NCBI RefSeq assembly: GCF_009914755.1
Contig: NC_060948.1
DNA from: the human T2T-CHM13v2.0 reference genome, Homo sapiens
Length of the DNA: 64,000 bases
Strand: one strand, 5' to 3'
The position numbers and the translations under genes were made by a program. The notes beneath the pieces were generated by a model. That model was not told where the DNA came from, did not search any database, and saw only the letters and a program-made list of their open reading frames with translations. Below, in pieces: positions 1 to 14,207 of the stretch (its first letter is position 1; each line of letters opens with the position of its first letter).

Positions 1-3000
1 TGGACAGACCTGGAATAAAGTGGAATGCTACGGTCTCGAATGGAATAAAAATGTATGGAATGGAATGCAATGAAACGGAATCGAATGTCATAGAATGTAA
101 TGGAATGCAAAAAAATGGACTCCAAAATCATTGACTGGAAAGGCTGGGTGTCGAAAGGAATTGACTCCAATGGAATGGAATCGAATGGAATGGAAGTGAA
201 TAGAATCGAACTAAATCGAATGGAATGGAATTGATAGGAACGGAATGGAAAGGAATGCAATGATTTGGCATGGAATGGAATCGAATGGCATCGAATGGAA
301 TGGAATGGAATGCAATGGAATGGAATGTATTAGAATGTAATGAACTTTAATGGAATGTACTCGAATGGATTCGACTGGAATGGAATGTTCTGGAAGTGAA
401 TGGACTCCAATGGAATGGATTCGAAAGGAATGGAATCTAATGGAATGGAATTAAATGGAAATGAATCAAATTGAATAGAACGGAATTGAATTGAATGGAA
501 TCGAATGCAATGGAATCTAATGAAACGGAAAGGAAAGGAATGGAATGGATTGGAATGGAATGGGCTGGAATGGAATGGAATCGAAACGAATGGAATGGAA
601 TCGAACTGAAGAGACTGGAATGGAATGCACTGGAATGGAAGGGAATGTAATGGAAGGTTCTCGAAAAAAATGGAATCGAAAGGAATGGAATTGAATGGAA
701 CGGAATAGAGTCGAATGGAATTGAATGGAATGGAATGGACTAGAGTGAAATGGAATCGAACCACAAGGAATGGACAGGAATAGAATGGTCTCGAATTGAA
801 TGGAATCGTATGGAATGGCATCAAACGGAATGGAATGGACAGCCACGGAATGGAATGGACACCCACGGAATGGAATGCACTCGAATGCAATGGAGTCGAC
901 ACTAATGGACTGGAATAGAATGGACTCGACTGGTACGGACTCCAATGGAATGGAATCGAATGGAAGGGAATCGAACGGAATGGACTCGAAGGGAAAAGAC
1001 TGCAATGGAAAGGTCTCGAATGGAATGGAAATTAATGGAATGGAATGGAATCGAATGAAATGGAGTCAAAAGGAATGGAATCGAATGGCAAGAAATCGAA
1101 TGTAATGGAATCGCAAGGAATTGATGTGAACGGAACGGAATGGAATGGAATCCAAAGGAATGGAATAGAATGGAATGGAATCGAATGGAAAGGACTCGAA
1201 TGGAAATCACTCGAATAGAATGCAATTTAATAAAATAGGATCAAATGTAATGGAATGGAATGGAAAGGAATCGAAACGAAAGGAATGGAGACAGATGGAA
1301 TGGAATGGAACAGAGAGCAATGGTATAGAATGGAATGGAATCCTCTGGAATGGAATTGAATGGAATGGAATAATATGAAATGGAATGGAATGGAATGGAA
1401 TGCCCTTGAATTAAATGGAGTGGAATGGAATGGACTCGAACAGAGTGGAATGGAAAGTGTTGAAATAGAATGGAATGGACTCGTTTGGAATGGTCTAGTA
1501 TACAATGCAATCGACCGGCAGGGAATCAAAAGGAATGTAATCGAATGGATTGGACTGGAATGCAATGGACTCGAATAGATTGGAAACGGAAAGCAAAGGA
1601 ATGGAATGGAATAGTATGGAATGGAATGGAAAGGAATGGAGTGGAATAGACTAGAGTGGAATGGAATGGACTCGAAAGCAATGGACTGGAATGGAACTTT
1701 CTTGAATGGACTGGAATCAAACGGAATGGAATGCAATGCAATCAAATGGCATGGAATAAAATAGAATGAAAGAGAATCAAATGGAATTGAATCGAATGGA
1801 ATCGAATGGATTGGAAAGGAATAGAATGGAATGGAATGGAATTGACTCAAATGGAATGGACTAGAATGGAATGGATTCGAATGAAAGGCAAAGGAATGGA
1901 ATCTATTGGAATGGACTGTAATGGAATGGAATGGAAGGGATTGGAATGGACTCGAATGGAATGGACTGCAATAGAAAGGATTCGAATGGAATGAAAAAGA
2001 ATTGAATGGAATAGAACAGAATGGAATCAAATCGAATGAAATGGAATGGAATAGAAAGGAATGGAATGAAATGGAATGGAAAGGATTCGAATGGAATGCA
2101 ATCGAATGGAATGCAATCGAATGGAATGGAATCGAACGGAATGGAATAAAATGGAAGAAAACTGGCAAGAAATGGAATCGAAATGAATGGAGTGTTATGG
2201 AACGGACTCAAAAGGAATTGAATGTAATAGAATGGAGTGGAGTGGACTCGAATATAATGGACTGGAATGGAATGAAATCACATGGAATGGGAACGAATGG
2301 AATGGAATGGAAAGGAATGGAATCGAATGGAAAGGAATCGAATGGAAGGGAATGAAATTGAATCAACAGGAATGGAAGGGAGTAGAATAGACGGTAATGG
2401 AATGGACTCGAATAGAATGGACACGAAGGCTCAAATTGAATGGACTCGAATGGAATGGAAACGAAAGGAATGTCATCGAATGGAATTGAATCGATTGGAA
2501 TGAAATCACATAGAATGGAGTGGAATCAAATGGAATTGAATCGAAAGGAAAGGAAGCGAATGGACTGAAATGAAATGGAATGGAATTGAATGGAAATTCA
2601 TGCAATGGAATAGAATGGAACGAAATTTCACGGAATGGAATCAAACTGAATGGAATCAAATCAATGGAATATAATCAAATGGAATGGAAAGGAATTGAAT
2701 GGAGTAGATTGGATTGGATGGGATTGGAATGAAATGTACTGGAAAGGACTCGAATTTCATGAAACGGAATGGAATGAATTAGAACGGAATGGACTCGAAT
2801 GGAATGGAATGTCATGGAATGGCATCAAATGGAATGGAATCGATTGCGATGGAATGCTATGGAATGGAATGGAATGCATTGGAATGGAATGTCCTCTAAT
2901 GGAATGGATTCGAGTGGAATGGAATCGAATATAATGGAGTCTAATGAAAGGGAATTGAAAGGAATGGGACCGAATACAATGGAATATACTGGAATGTAAT

Positions 3001-3544
3001 GTAATGAACTCGAATGTAATTGACTGGAATGGAATGTACATGAATGGAATGTAATCGAATGGAAAGCAATCCAATGGAATAGAATCTAATGCAATAAAAT
3101 CGACTCAAGTAGAGTAGAATGTAATGGAATGGAGTGCAGTGCAATGGAATGGAATGGAATGGAATGCAATGGAATGGAATGGAATGGAATGGAATGGAAT
3201 GGGATGGAATGGTATGGAATGGATAGTAATGGACTGGAGTGAAATGGACTGGAAAAGAATGGACTCAAATTGAAAGGGCTCGAAAGGAATGGAGTCAAAT
3301 GGAATGGTCTGGAATGGAATGAACACGAATGTAATGCAATCCAATAGAATGGAATCGAATGGCATGGAATATAAAGAAATGGAATCGAAGAGAATGGAAA
3401 CAAATGGAATGGAATTGAATGGAATGGGAACGAATGGAGTGAAATTGTATGCAGTAGAAGAGAATAGAATGGAATGCAAGCGAAAGGAAAGGAATGGATT
3501 GGAATGGAATGGAATTCATTGGAATGGAAGGGAATGTAGTGTAA
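1..3544 (+). repeat. DYZ1 unit 1 (3544 bp), subfamily A; HaeIII site mutated (GACC)
   Basis: Landmark tggacagacctggaataaag at position 1; next landmark at 3545. Confidence 0.9.
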
Positions 3545-3555
3545 TGGACAGGCCT
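3512..3555. other. Once-per-unit EcoRI (GAATTC 3512-3517) and StuI/HaeIII (AGGCCT 3550-3555) landmark pair; example at the unit 1/2 junction
   Basis: Read directly; recurs at each unit junction and accounts for the classic ~3.4-3.6 kb male-specific HaeIII/EcoRI band. Confidence 0.85.
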
Positions 3556-6500
3556 GGAATAAAGTGGAATGCTACGGTCTCGAATGGAATAAAAATGTAT
3601 GGAATGGAATGCAATGAAACGGAATCGAATGTCATAGAATGTAATGGAATGCAAAAAAATGGAATCCAAAATCATTGACTGGAAAGGCTGGGTGTCGAAA
3701 GTAATTGACTCCAATGGAATGGAATCGAATGGAATGGAAGTGAATAGAATGGAACTAAATCGAATGGAATGGAATTGATAGGAACGGAATGGAAAGGAAT
3801 GCAATGATTTGGCATGGAATGGAATCGAATGGCATCGAATGGAATGGAATGGAATGCAATGGAATGGAATGTATTAGAATGTAATGAACTTTAATGGAAT
3901 GTACTCGAATGGATTCGACTGGAATGGAATGTTCTCGAAGTGAATGGACTCCAATGGAATGGATTCGAAAGGAATGGAATCTAATGGAATGGAATTAAAT
4001 GGAAATGAATCAAATTGAATAGAAAGGAATTGAATTGAATGGAATCGAATGCAATGGAATCTAATGAAACGGAAAGGAAAGGAATGGAATGGATTGGAAT
4101 GGAATGTGCTGGAATGGAATGGAATCGAAACGAATGGAATGGAATCGAACTGAAGAGACTGGAATGGAATGCACTGGAATGGAAGGGAATGTAATGGAAG
4201 GTTCTCGAAAAAAATGGAATCGAAAGGAATGGAATTGAATGGAACGGAATAGAGTCGAATGGAATTGAATGGAATGGAATGGACTAGAGTGAAATGGAAT
4301 CGAACCACAAGGAATGGACAGGAATAGAATGGTCTCGAATTGAATGGAATCGTATGGAATGGCATCAAACGGAATGGAATGGACAGCCACGGAATGGAAT
4401 GGACACCCACGGAATGGAATGCACTCGAATGCAATGGAGTCGACACTAATGGACTGAATAGAATGGACTCGACTGGTACGGACTCCAATGGAATGGAATC
4501 GAATGGAAGGGAATCGAACGGAATGGACTCGAAGGGAAAAGACTGCAATGGAAAGGTCTCCAATGGAATGGAAATTAATGGAATGGAATGGAATCGAATG
4601 AAATGGAGTCAAAAGGAATGGAATCGAATGGCAAGAAATCGAATGTAATGGAATCGCAAGGAATGGATGTGAACGGAACGGAATGGAATGGAATCCAAAG
4701 GAATGGAATAGAATGGAATGGAATCGAATGGAAAGGACTCGAATGGAAATCACTCGAATAGAATGCAATTTAATAAAATAGGATCAAATGTAATGGAATG
4801 GAATGGAAAGGAATCGAAACGAAAGGAATGGAGACAGATGGAATGGAATGGAACAGAGAGCAATGGTATAGAATGGAATGGAATCATCTGGAATGGAATT
4901 GAATGGAATGGAATAATATGAAATGGAATGGAATGGAATGGAATGCCCTTGAATTAAATGGACTGGAATGGAATGGACTCGAACAGAGTGGAATGGAAAG
5001 TGTTGAAATAGAATGGAATGGACTCGTTTGGAATGGTCTAGTATGCAATGCAATCGACTGGCAGGGAATCAAAAGGAATGTAATCGAATGGATTGGACTG
5101 GAATGCAATGGACTCGAATAGATTGGAAACGGAAAGCAAAGGAATGGAATGGAATAGTATGGAATGGAATGGAAGGAATGGAGTGGAATAGACTAGAGTG
5201 GAATGGAATGGACTCGAAAGCAATGGACTGGAATGGAACTTTCTTGAATGGACTGGAATCAAACGGAATGGAATGCAATGCAATCAAATGGCATGGAATA
5301 AAATAGAATGAAAGAGAATCAAATGGAATTGAATCGAATGGAATCGAATGGATTGGAAAGGAATAGAATGGAATGGAATGGAATTGACTCAAATGGAATG
5401 GACTAGAATGGAATGGATTCGAATGGAAGTCAAAGGAATGGAATCTATTGGAATGGACTGTAATGGAATGGAATGGAAGGGATTGGAATGGACTCGAATG
5501 GAATGGACTGCCATAGAAAGGATTCGAATGGAATGAAAAAGAATTGAATGGAATAGAACAGAATGGAATCAAATCGAATGAAATGGAATGGAATAGAAAG
5601 GAATGGAATGAAATGGAATGGAAAGGATTCGAATGGAATGCAATCGAATGGAATGCAATCGAGTGGAATGGAATCGAACGGAATGGAATAAAATGGAAGA
5701 AAACTGGCAAGAAATGGAATCGAAATGAATGGAGTGTTATGGAACGGACTCAAAAGGAATTGAATGTAATAGAATGGAGTGGAGTGGACTCGAATATAAT
5801 GGACTGGAATGGAATGAAATCACATGGAATGGGAACGAATGGAATGGAATGGAAAGGAATGGAATCGAATGGAAAGGAATCGAATGGAAGGGAATGAAAT
5901 TGAATCAACAGGAATGGAAGGGAGTAGAATAGACGGTAATGGAATGGACTCGAATAGAATGGACACGAATGCTCAAATTGAATGGACTCGAATGGAATGG
6001 AAACGAAAGGAATGTCATCGAATGGAATTGAATCGATTGGAATGAAATCACATAGAATGGAGTGGAATCAAATGGAATTGAATCGAAAGGAAAGGAAGCG
6101 AATGGACTGAAATGAAATGGAATGGAATTGAATGGAAATTAATGCAATGGAATAGAATGGAACGAAATTTCACGGAATGGAATCAAACTGAATGGAATCA
6201 AATCAATGGAATATAATCAAATGGAATGGAAAGGAATTGAATGGAGTAGATTGGATTGGATGGGATTGGAATGAAATGTACTGGAAAGGACTCGAATTTC
6301 ATGAAACGGAATGGAATGAATTAGAACGGAATGGACTCGAATGGAATGGAATGTCATGGAATGGCATCAAAAGGAATGGAATCGATTGCGATGGAATGCT
6401 ATGGAATGGAATGGAATGCATTGGAATGGAATGTCCTCTAATGGAATGTATTCGAGTGGAATGGAATCGAATATAATGGAGTCTAATGAAAGGGAATTGA

Positions 6501-7096
6501 AAGGAATGGGACCGAATACAATGGAATATACTGGAATGTAATGTAATGAACTCGAATGTAATTGACTGGAATGGAATGTACATGAATGGAATGTAATCGA
6601 ATGGAAAGCAATCCAATGGAATAGAATCTAATGCAATAAAATCGACTCAAATAGAGTAGAATGTAATGGAATGGAGTGCAGTGCAATGGAATGGAATGGA
6701 ATGGAATGCAATGGAATGGAATGGAATGGAATGGAATGGGATGGAATGGTATGGAATGGATAGTAATGGACTGGAGTGAAATGGACTGGAAAAGAATGGA
6801 CTCAAATTGAAAGGGCTCGAAAGGAATGGAGTCAAATGGAATGGTCTGGAATGGAATGAACACGAATGTAATGCAATCCAATGGAATGGAATCGAATGGC
6901 ATGGAATATAAAGAAATGGAATCGAAGAGAATGGAAACAAATGGAATGGAATTGAATGGAATGGAATTGAATGGAATGGGAACGAATGGAGTGAAATTGT
7001 ATGCAGTAGAAGAGAATAGAATGGAATGCAAGCGAAAGGAAAGGAATGGATTGGAATGGAATGGAATTCATTGGAATGGAAGGGAATGTAGTGTAA
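3545..7096 (+). repeat. DYZ1 unit 2 (3552 bp), subfamily A
   Basis: tggacaggcc landmark at 3545; 1-bp deletions near 4455 and 5173. Confidence 0.9.
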
Positions 7097-10000
7097 TGGA
7101 CAGGCCTGGAATAAAGTGGAATGCTACGGTCTCGAATGGAATAAAAATGTATGGAATGGAATGCAATGAAACGGAATCGAATGTCATAGAATGTAATGGA
7201 ATGCAAAAAAATGGACTCTAAAATCATTGACTGGAAAGGCTGGGTGTCGAAAGGAATTGACTCCAATGGAATGGAATCGAATGGAATGGAAGTGAATAGA
7301 ATCGAACTAAATCGAATGGAATGGAATTGATAGGAACGGAATGGAAAGGAATGCAATGATTTGGCATGGAATGGAATCGAATGTCATCGAATGGAATGGA
7401 ATGGAATGCAATGGAATGGAATGTATTAGAATGTAATGAACTTTAATGGAATGTACTCGAATGGATTCGACTGGAATGGAATGTTCTCGAAGTGAATGGA
7501 CTTCAATGGAATGGATTCGAAAGGAATGGAATCTAATGGAATGGAATTAAATGGAAATGAATCAAATTGAATAGAACGGAATTGAATTGAATGGAATCGA
7601 ATGCAATGGAATCTAATGAAACGGAAAGGAAAGGAATGGAATGGATTGGAATGGAATCGGCTGGAATGGAATGGAATCGAAACGAATGGAATGGAATCGA
7701 ACTGAAGAGACTGGAATGGAATGCACTGGAATGGAAGGGAATGTAATGGAAGGTTCTCGAAAAAAATGGAATCGAAAGGAATGGAATTGAATGGAACGGA
7801 ATAGAGTCGAAAGGAATTGAATGGAATGGAATGGACTAGAGTGAAATGGAATCGAACCACAAGGAATGGACAGGAATAGAATGGTCTCGAATTGAATGGA
7901 ATCGTATGGAATGGCATCAAACGGAATGGAATGGACAGCCACGGAATGGAATGGACACCCACGGAATGGAAAGCACTCGAATGCAAAGGAGTCGACACTA
8001 ATGGACTGAATAGAATGGACTCGACTGGTACGGACTCCAATGGAATGGAATCGAATGGAAGGGAATCGAACGGAATGGACTCGAAGGGAAAAGACTGCAA
8101 TGGAAAGGTCTCCAATGGAATGGAAATTAATGGAATGGAATGGAATCGAATGAAATGGAGTCAAAAGGAATGGAATCGAATGGCAAGAAATCGAATGTAA
8201 TGGAATCGCAAGGAATTGATGTGAACGGAACGGAATGGAATGGAATCCAAAGGAATGGAATAGAATGGAATGGAATCGAATGGAAAGGACTCGAATGGAA
8301 ATCACTCGAATAGAATGCAATTTAATAAAATAGGATCAAATGTAATGGAATGGAATGGAAAGGAATCGAAACGAAAGGAATGGAGACAGATGGAATGGAA
8401 TGGAACAGAGAGCAATGGTATAGAATGGAATGGAATCATCTGGAATGGAATTGAATGGAATGGAATAATATGAAATGGAATGGAATGGAATGGAATGCCC
8501 TTGAATTAAATGGACTGGAATGGAATGGACTCGAACAGAGTGGAATGGAAAGTGTTGAAATAGAATGGAATGGACTCGTTTGGAACGGTCTAGTATGCAA
8601 TGCAATCGACTGGCAGGCAATCAAAAGGAATGTAATCGAATGGATTGGACTGGAATGCAATGGACTCGAATAGATTGGAAACGGAAAGCAAAGGAATGGA
8701 ATGGAATAGTATGGAATGGAATGGAAAGGAATGGAGTGGAATAGACTAGAGTGGAATGGAATGGACTCGAAAGCAATGGACTGGAATGGAACTTTCTTGA
8801 ATGGACTGGAATCAAACGGAATGGAATGCAATGCAATCAAATGGCATGGAATAAAATAGAATGAAAGAGAATCAAATGGAATTGAATCGAATGGAATCGA
8901 ATGGATTGGAAAGGAATAGAATGGAATGGAATGGAATTGACTCAAATGGAATGGACTAGAATGGAATGGATTCGAATGGAAGTCAAAGGAATGGAATCTA
9001 TTGGAATGGACTGTAATGGAATGGAATGGAAGGGATTGGAATGGACTCGAATGGAATGGACTGCCATAGAAAGGATTCGAATGGAATGAAAAAGAATTGA
9101 ATGGAATAGAACAGAATGGAATCAAATCGAATGAAATGGAATGGAATAGAAAGGAATGGAATGAAATGGAATGGAAAGGATTCGAATGGAATGCAATCGA
9201 ATGGAATGCAATCGAGTGGAATGGAATCGAACGGAATGGAATAAAATGGAAGAAAACTGGCAAGAAATGGAATCGAAATGAATGGAGTGTTATGGAACGG
9301 ACTCAAAAGGAATTGAATGTAATAGAATGGAGTGGAGTGGACTCGAATATAATGGACTGGAATGGAATGAAATCACATGGAATGGGAACGAATGGAATGG
9401 AATGGAAAGGAATGGAATCGAATGGAAAGGAATCGAATGGAAGGGAATGAAATTGAATCAACGGGAATGGAAGGGAGTAGAATAGACGGTAATGGAATGG
9501 ACTCGAATAGAATGGACACGAATGCTCAAATTGAATGGACTCGAATGGAATGGAAACGAAAGGAATGTCATCGAATGGAATTGAATCGATTGGAATGAAA
9601 TCACATAGAATGGAGTGGAATCAAATGGAATTGAATCGAAAGGAAAGGAAGCGAATGGACTGAAATGAAATGGAATGGAATTGAATGGAAATTAATGCAA
9701 TGGAATAGAATGGAACGAAATTTCACGGAATGGAATCAAACTGAATGGAATCAAATCAATGGAATATAATCAAATGGAATGGAAAGGAATTGAATGGAGT
9801 AGATTGGATTGGATGGGATTGGAATGAAAAGTACTGGAAAGGACTCGAATTTCATGAAACGGAATGGAATGAATTAGAACGGAATGGACTCGAATGGAAT
9901 GGAATGTCATGGAATGGCATCAAATGGAATGGAATCGAATGCGATGGAATAGAATGCAATGGAATGCTATGGAATGGAATGGAATGCATTGGAATGGAAT

Positions 10001-10674
10001 GTCCTCTAATGGAATGGATTCGAGTGGAATGGAATCGAATATAATGGAGTCGAATGAAATGGAATTGAAAGGAATGGGATCGAATACCATGTAATATACT
10101 GGAATGTAATGTAATGAACTCGAATGTAATTGACTGGAATGGAATGTACATGAATGGAATGTAATCGAATGGAAAGTAATCCAAAGGAATAGAATCTAAT
10201 GCAATAAAATCGACTCAAATAGAATAGAATGTAATGGAATGGAGTGCAGTGCAATGGAATGGAATGGAATGGAATGCAATGGAATGGAATGGAATGGAAT
10301 GGAATGGAATGGAATAGGATGGAATGGTATGGAATGGATAGTAATGGACTGGAGTGAAATGGACTGGAAAAGAATGGACTCAAATTGAAAGGGCTCGAAA
10401 GGAATGGAGTCAAATGGAATGGTCTGGAATGGAATGAATACGAATGTAATGCAATCCAATAGAATGGAATCGAATGGTATGGAATATAAAGAATTGGAAT
10501 CGAAGAGAATGGAAACAAATGGAATGGAATTGAATGGAATGGAATTGAATGGAATGGGAACGAATGGAGTGAAATTGTATGCAGTAGAAGAGAATAGAAT
10601 GGAATGCAAGCGAAAGGAAAGGAATGGATTGGAATGGAATGGAATTCATTGGAATGGAAGGGAATGTAGTGTCA
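7097..10674 (+). repeat. DYZ1 unit 3 (3578 bp), subfamily A
   Basis: Landmark at 7097; shares the ggactgaatag 1-bp deletion with unit 2. Confidence 0.9.
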
Positions 10675-13600
10675 TGGACAGGCCTGGAATAAAGTGGAAT
10701 GCTACGGTCTCGAATGGAATAAAAGTGTATGGAATAGAATGCAATGAAACGGAATCGAATGTCATAGAATGTAATGGAATGCAAAAAAATGGACTCCAAA
10801 ATCATTGACTGGAAAGGCTGGGTGTCGAAAGGAATTGCCTCCAATGGAATGGAATCGAATGGAATGGAAGTGAATAGAATGGAACTAAATCGAATGGAAT
10901 GGAATTGATAGGAACGGAATGGAAAGGAATGCAATGATTTGGCATGGAATGGAATCGAATGGCATTGAATGGAATGGAATGGAATGCAATTGAATGGAAT
11001 GTATTAGAATGTAATGAACTTTAATGGAATGTACTCGAATGGATTCGACTGGAATGGAATGTTCTCGAAGTGAATGGACTCCAATGGAATGGATTCGAAA
11101 GGAATGGAATCTAATGGAATGGAATTAAATGGAAATGAATCAAATTGAATAGAATGGAATTGAATGGAATGGAATCGAATGCAATGGAATCTAATGAAAC
11201 GGAAAGGAAAGTAATGGAATGGAATGGAATGGGCTGGAATTGAATGGAATCGAAACGAATGGAATGGAGTCGAACTGAAGAGACTGAAATGGAATGCACT
11301 GGAATGGAAGGGAGTGTAATGGAAGGTTCTCGAAAAAAATGGAATCGAAAGGAATGGAATTGAATGGAACGGAATAGAGTCGAATGGAATTCAATGGAAT
11401 GGAATGGACTAGAGTGAAATGGAATCGAACCACAAGGAATGGACAGGAACAGAATGGTCTCGAATTGAATGGAATCGTATGGAATGGCATCAAACGGAAT
11501 GGAATGGACAGCCACGGAATGGAATGCACTCGAATGCAATGGAGTCGACACTAATGGACTGGAATAGAATGGACTCGACTGGTATGGACTCCAATGGAAT
11601 GGAATCGAATGGAAGGGAATGGAACGGAATGGACTCGAAGGGAAAAGACTGCAATGGAAAGGTCTCGAATGGAATGGAAATTAATGGAATGGAATGGAAT
11701 CGAATGAAATTGAGTCAAAAGGAATGGAATCGAATGGCAAGAAATCGAATGTAATGGAATCGCAAGGAATTGATGTGAACGGAACGGAATCGAATGGAAT
11801 CCAAAGGAATGGAATAGAATGGAATGGAATCGAATGGAAAGGACTCGAATGGAAATCACTCGAATAGAATGCAATTTAATAAAATAGGATCAAATGTAAT
11901 GGAATGGAATGGAAAGGAATCGAAACGAAAGGAATGGAGACAGATGGAATGGAATGGAACAGAGAGCAATGGTATAGAATGGAATGGAATCATCTGGAAT
12001 GGAATTGAATGGAATGGAATAATATGAAATGGAATGGAATGGAATGGAATGCCCTTGAATTAAATGGACTGGAATGGAATGGACTCAAACAGAGTGGAAT
12101 GGAAAGTGTTGAAATAGAATGGAATGGACTCGTTTGGAATGGTCTAGTATGCAATGCAATCGACTGGCAGGGAATCAAGAGGAATGTAATCGAATGCATT
12201 GGACTGGAATGCAATGGACTCGAATAGATTGGAAACGGAATGCAAAGGAATGGAATGGAATAGTATGGAATGGAATGGAAAGGAATGGAGTGGAATAGAC
12301 TAGAGTGGAATGGAATGGACTGGAAAGCAATGGACTGGAATGGAACTTTCTTGAATGGACTGGAATCAAACGGAATGGAATGCAATGCAATCAAATGGCA
12401 TGGAATAAAATAGAATGAAAGAGAATCAAATGGAATTGAATCGAATGGAATCGAATGGATTGGAAAGGAATAGAATGGAATGGAATGGAATTGACTCAAA
12501 TGGAATGGACTAGAATGGAATGGATTCGAATGGAAGTCAAAGGAATGGAATCTATTGGAATGGACTGTAATGGAATGGAATGGAAGGGATTGGAATGGAC
12601 TCAAATGGAATGGACTGCAATAGAAAGGATTCGAATGGAATGAAAAAGAATTGAATGGAATAGAACAGAATGGAATCAAATCGAATGAAATGGAATGGAA
12701 GAGAACGGAATGGAATGAAATGGAATGGAAAGGATTCGAATGGAATGCAATCGAATGGAACGGAATCGAACGGAATGGAATAAAATGGAAGAAAACTGGC
12801 AAGAAATGGAATCGAAATGAATGGAGTGTTATGGAACGGACTCAAAAGGAATTGAATGTAATAGAATGGAGTGGAGTGGACTCGAATATAATGGACTGGA
12901 ATGGAATGAAATCACATGGAATGGGAACGAATGGAATGGAATGGAAAGGAATGGAATGGAAAGGAATGGAATCGAATGGAAAGGAATCGAATGGAAGGGA
13001 ATGAAATTGAATCAACAGGAATGGAAGGAAGTAGAATAGACGGTAATGGAATGGACTCGAATAGAATGGACACGAATGCCCAAATTGAATGGACTCGAAT
13101 GGAATGGAAACGAAAGGAATGTCGTCGAATGGAATTGAATCGATTGGAATGAAATCGCATAGAATGGAGTGGAATCAAATGGAATTGAATCGAAAGGAAA
13201 GGAAGCGAATGGTCTGAAATGAAATGGAATGGAATTGAATGGAAAGTAATGCAAGGGAATAGAATGGAACGAAATTTCACGGAATGGAATCAAACTGAAT
13301 GGAATCAAATCAATGGAATATAATCAAATGGCATGGAAAGGAATTGAATGGAGTAGATTGGATTGGATGGGATTGGAATGAAATGTACTGGAAAGGACTC
13401 GAATTTCATGAAATGGAATGGAATGAACTGGAACGGAATGGACTCGAATGGATTGGAATGTCATGGAATGGCATCAAATGGAATGGCATCAAATGGAATG
13501 GAATCGAATGCAATGGAATGCTATGGAATGGAATGGAATGCATTGGAATGGAATGTCCCCTAATGGAATGGATTCGAGTGGAATGGAATCGAATATAATG

Positions 13601-14207
13601 GAGTCGAATGAAATGGAATTGAAAGGAAAGGGATCGAATACAATGGAATATACTGGAATGTAATGTAATGAACTCGAATGTAATTGACTAGAATGGAATG
13701 TACATGAATGGAATGTAATCGAATGGAAAATAATCTCATGGAATAGAATCTAATGCAATAAAATCGACTCAAATAGAATAGAATGGAATGGAATGGAGTG
13801 CAGTGCAATGGAATGGAATGGAATGGAATGCAATGGAATGGAATGGAATGGGATGGAATGGTATGGGATGGATAGAAATGGACTGGAGTGAAATGGACTG
13901 GAAAGTAATGGACTCAAATTGAAAGAGCTCGAAAGAATGGAGTCAAATGGAATGGTCTGGAATGGAATGAACACGAATGTAATGCAATCCAATAGAATGG
14001 AATCGAATGGCATGGAATATAAAGAAATGGAATCGAAGAGAATGGAAACGAATGGAATGGAATTGAATGGAATGGAATTGAATGGAATGGGAACGAATGG
14101 AGTGAAATTGTATGCAGTAGAAGAGAATAGAATGGAATGCAAGCGAAATTAAAGGAATGGATTGGAATGGAATGGAATTCATTGGAATGGAAGGGAATGT
14201 ATTGCAA
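10675..14207 (+). repeat. DYZ1 unit 4 (3533 bp), A/B intermediate with a diverged 3' part
   Basis: Landmark at 10675; mixed diagnostic variants. Confidence 0.9.

Noticed and set aside
1224-1240. AATAAA hexamers (tttaataaaatagg, ggaataaag, gcaataaaa) as polyadenylation signals
   Set aside because: They are easily produced by mutation of GGAAT repeats, and there is no downstream GU-rich element or transcript evidence.
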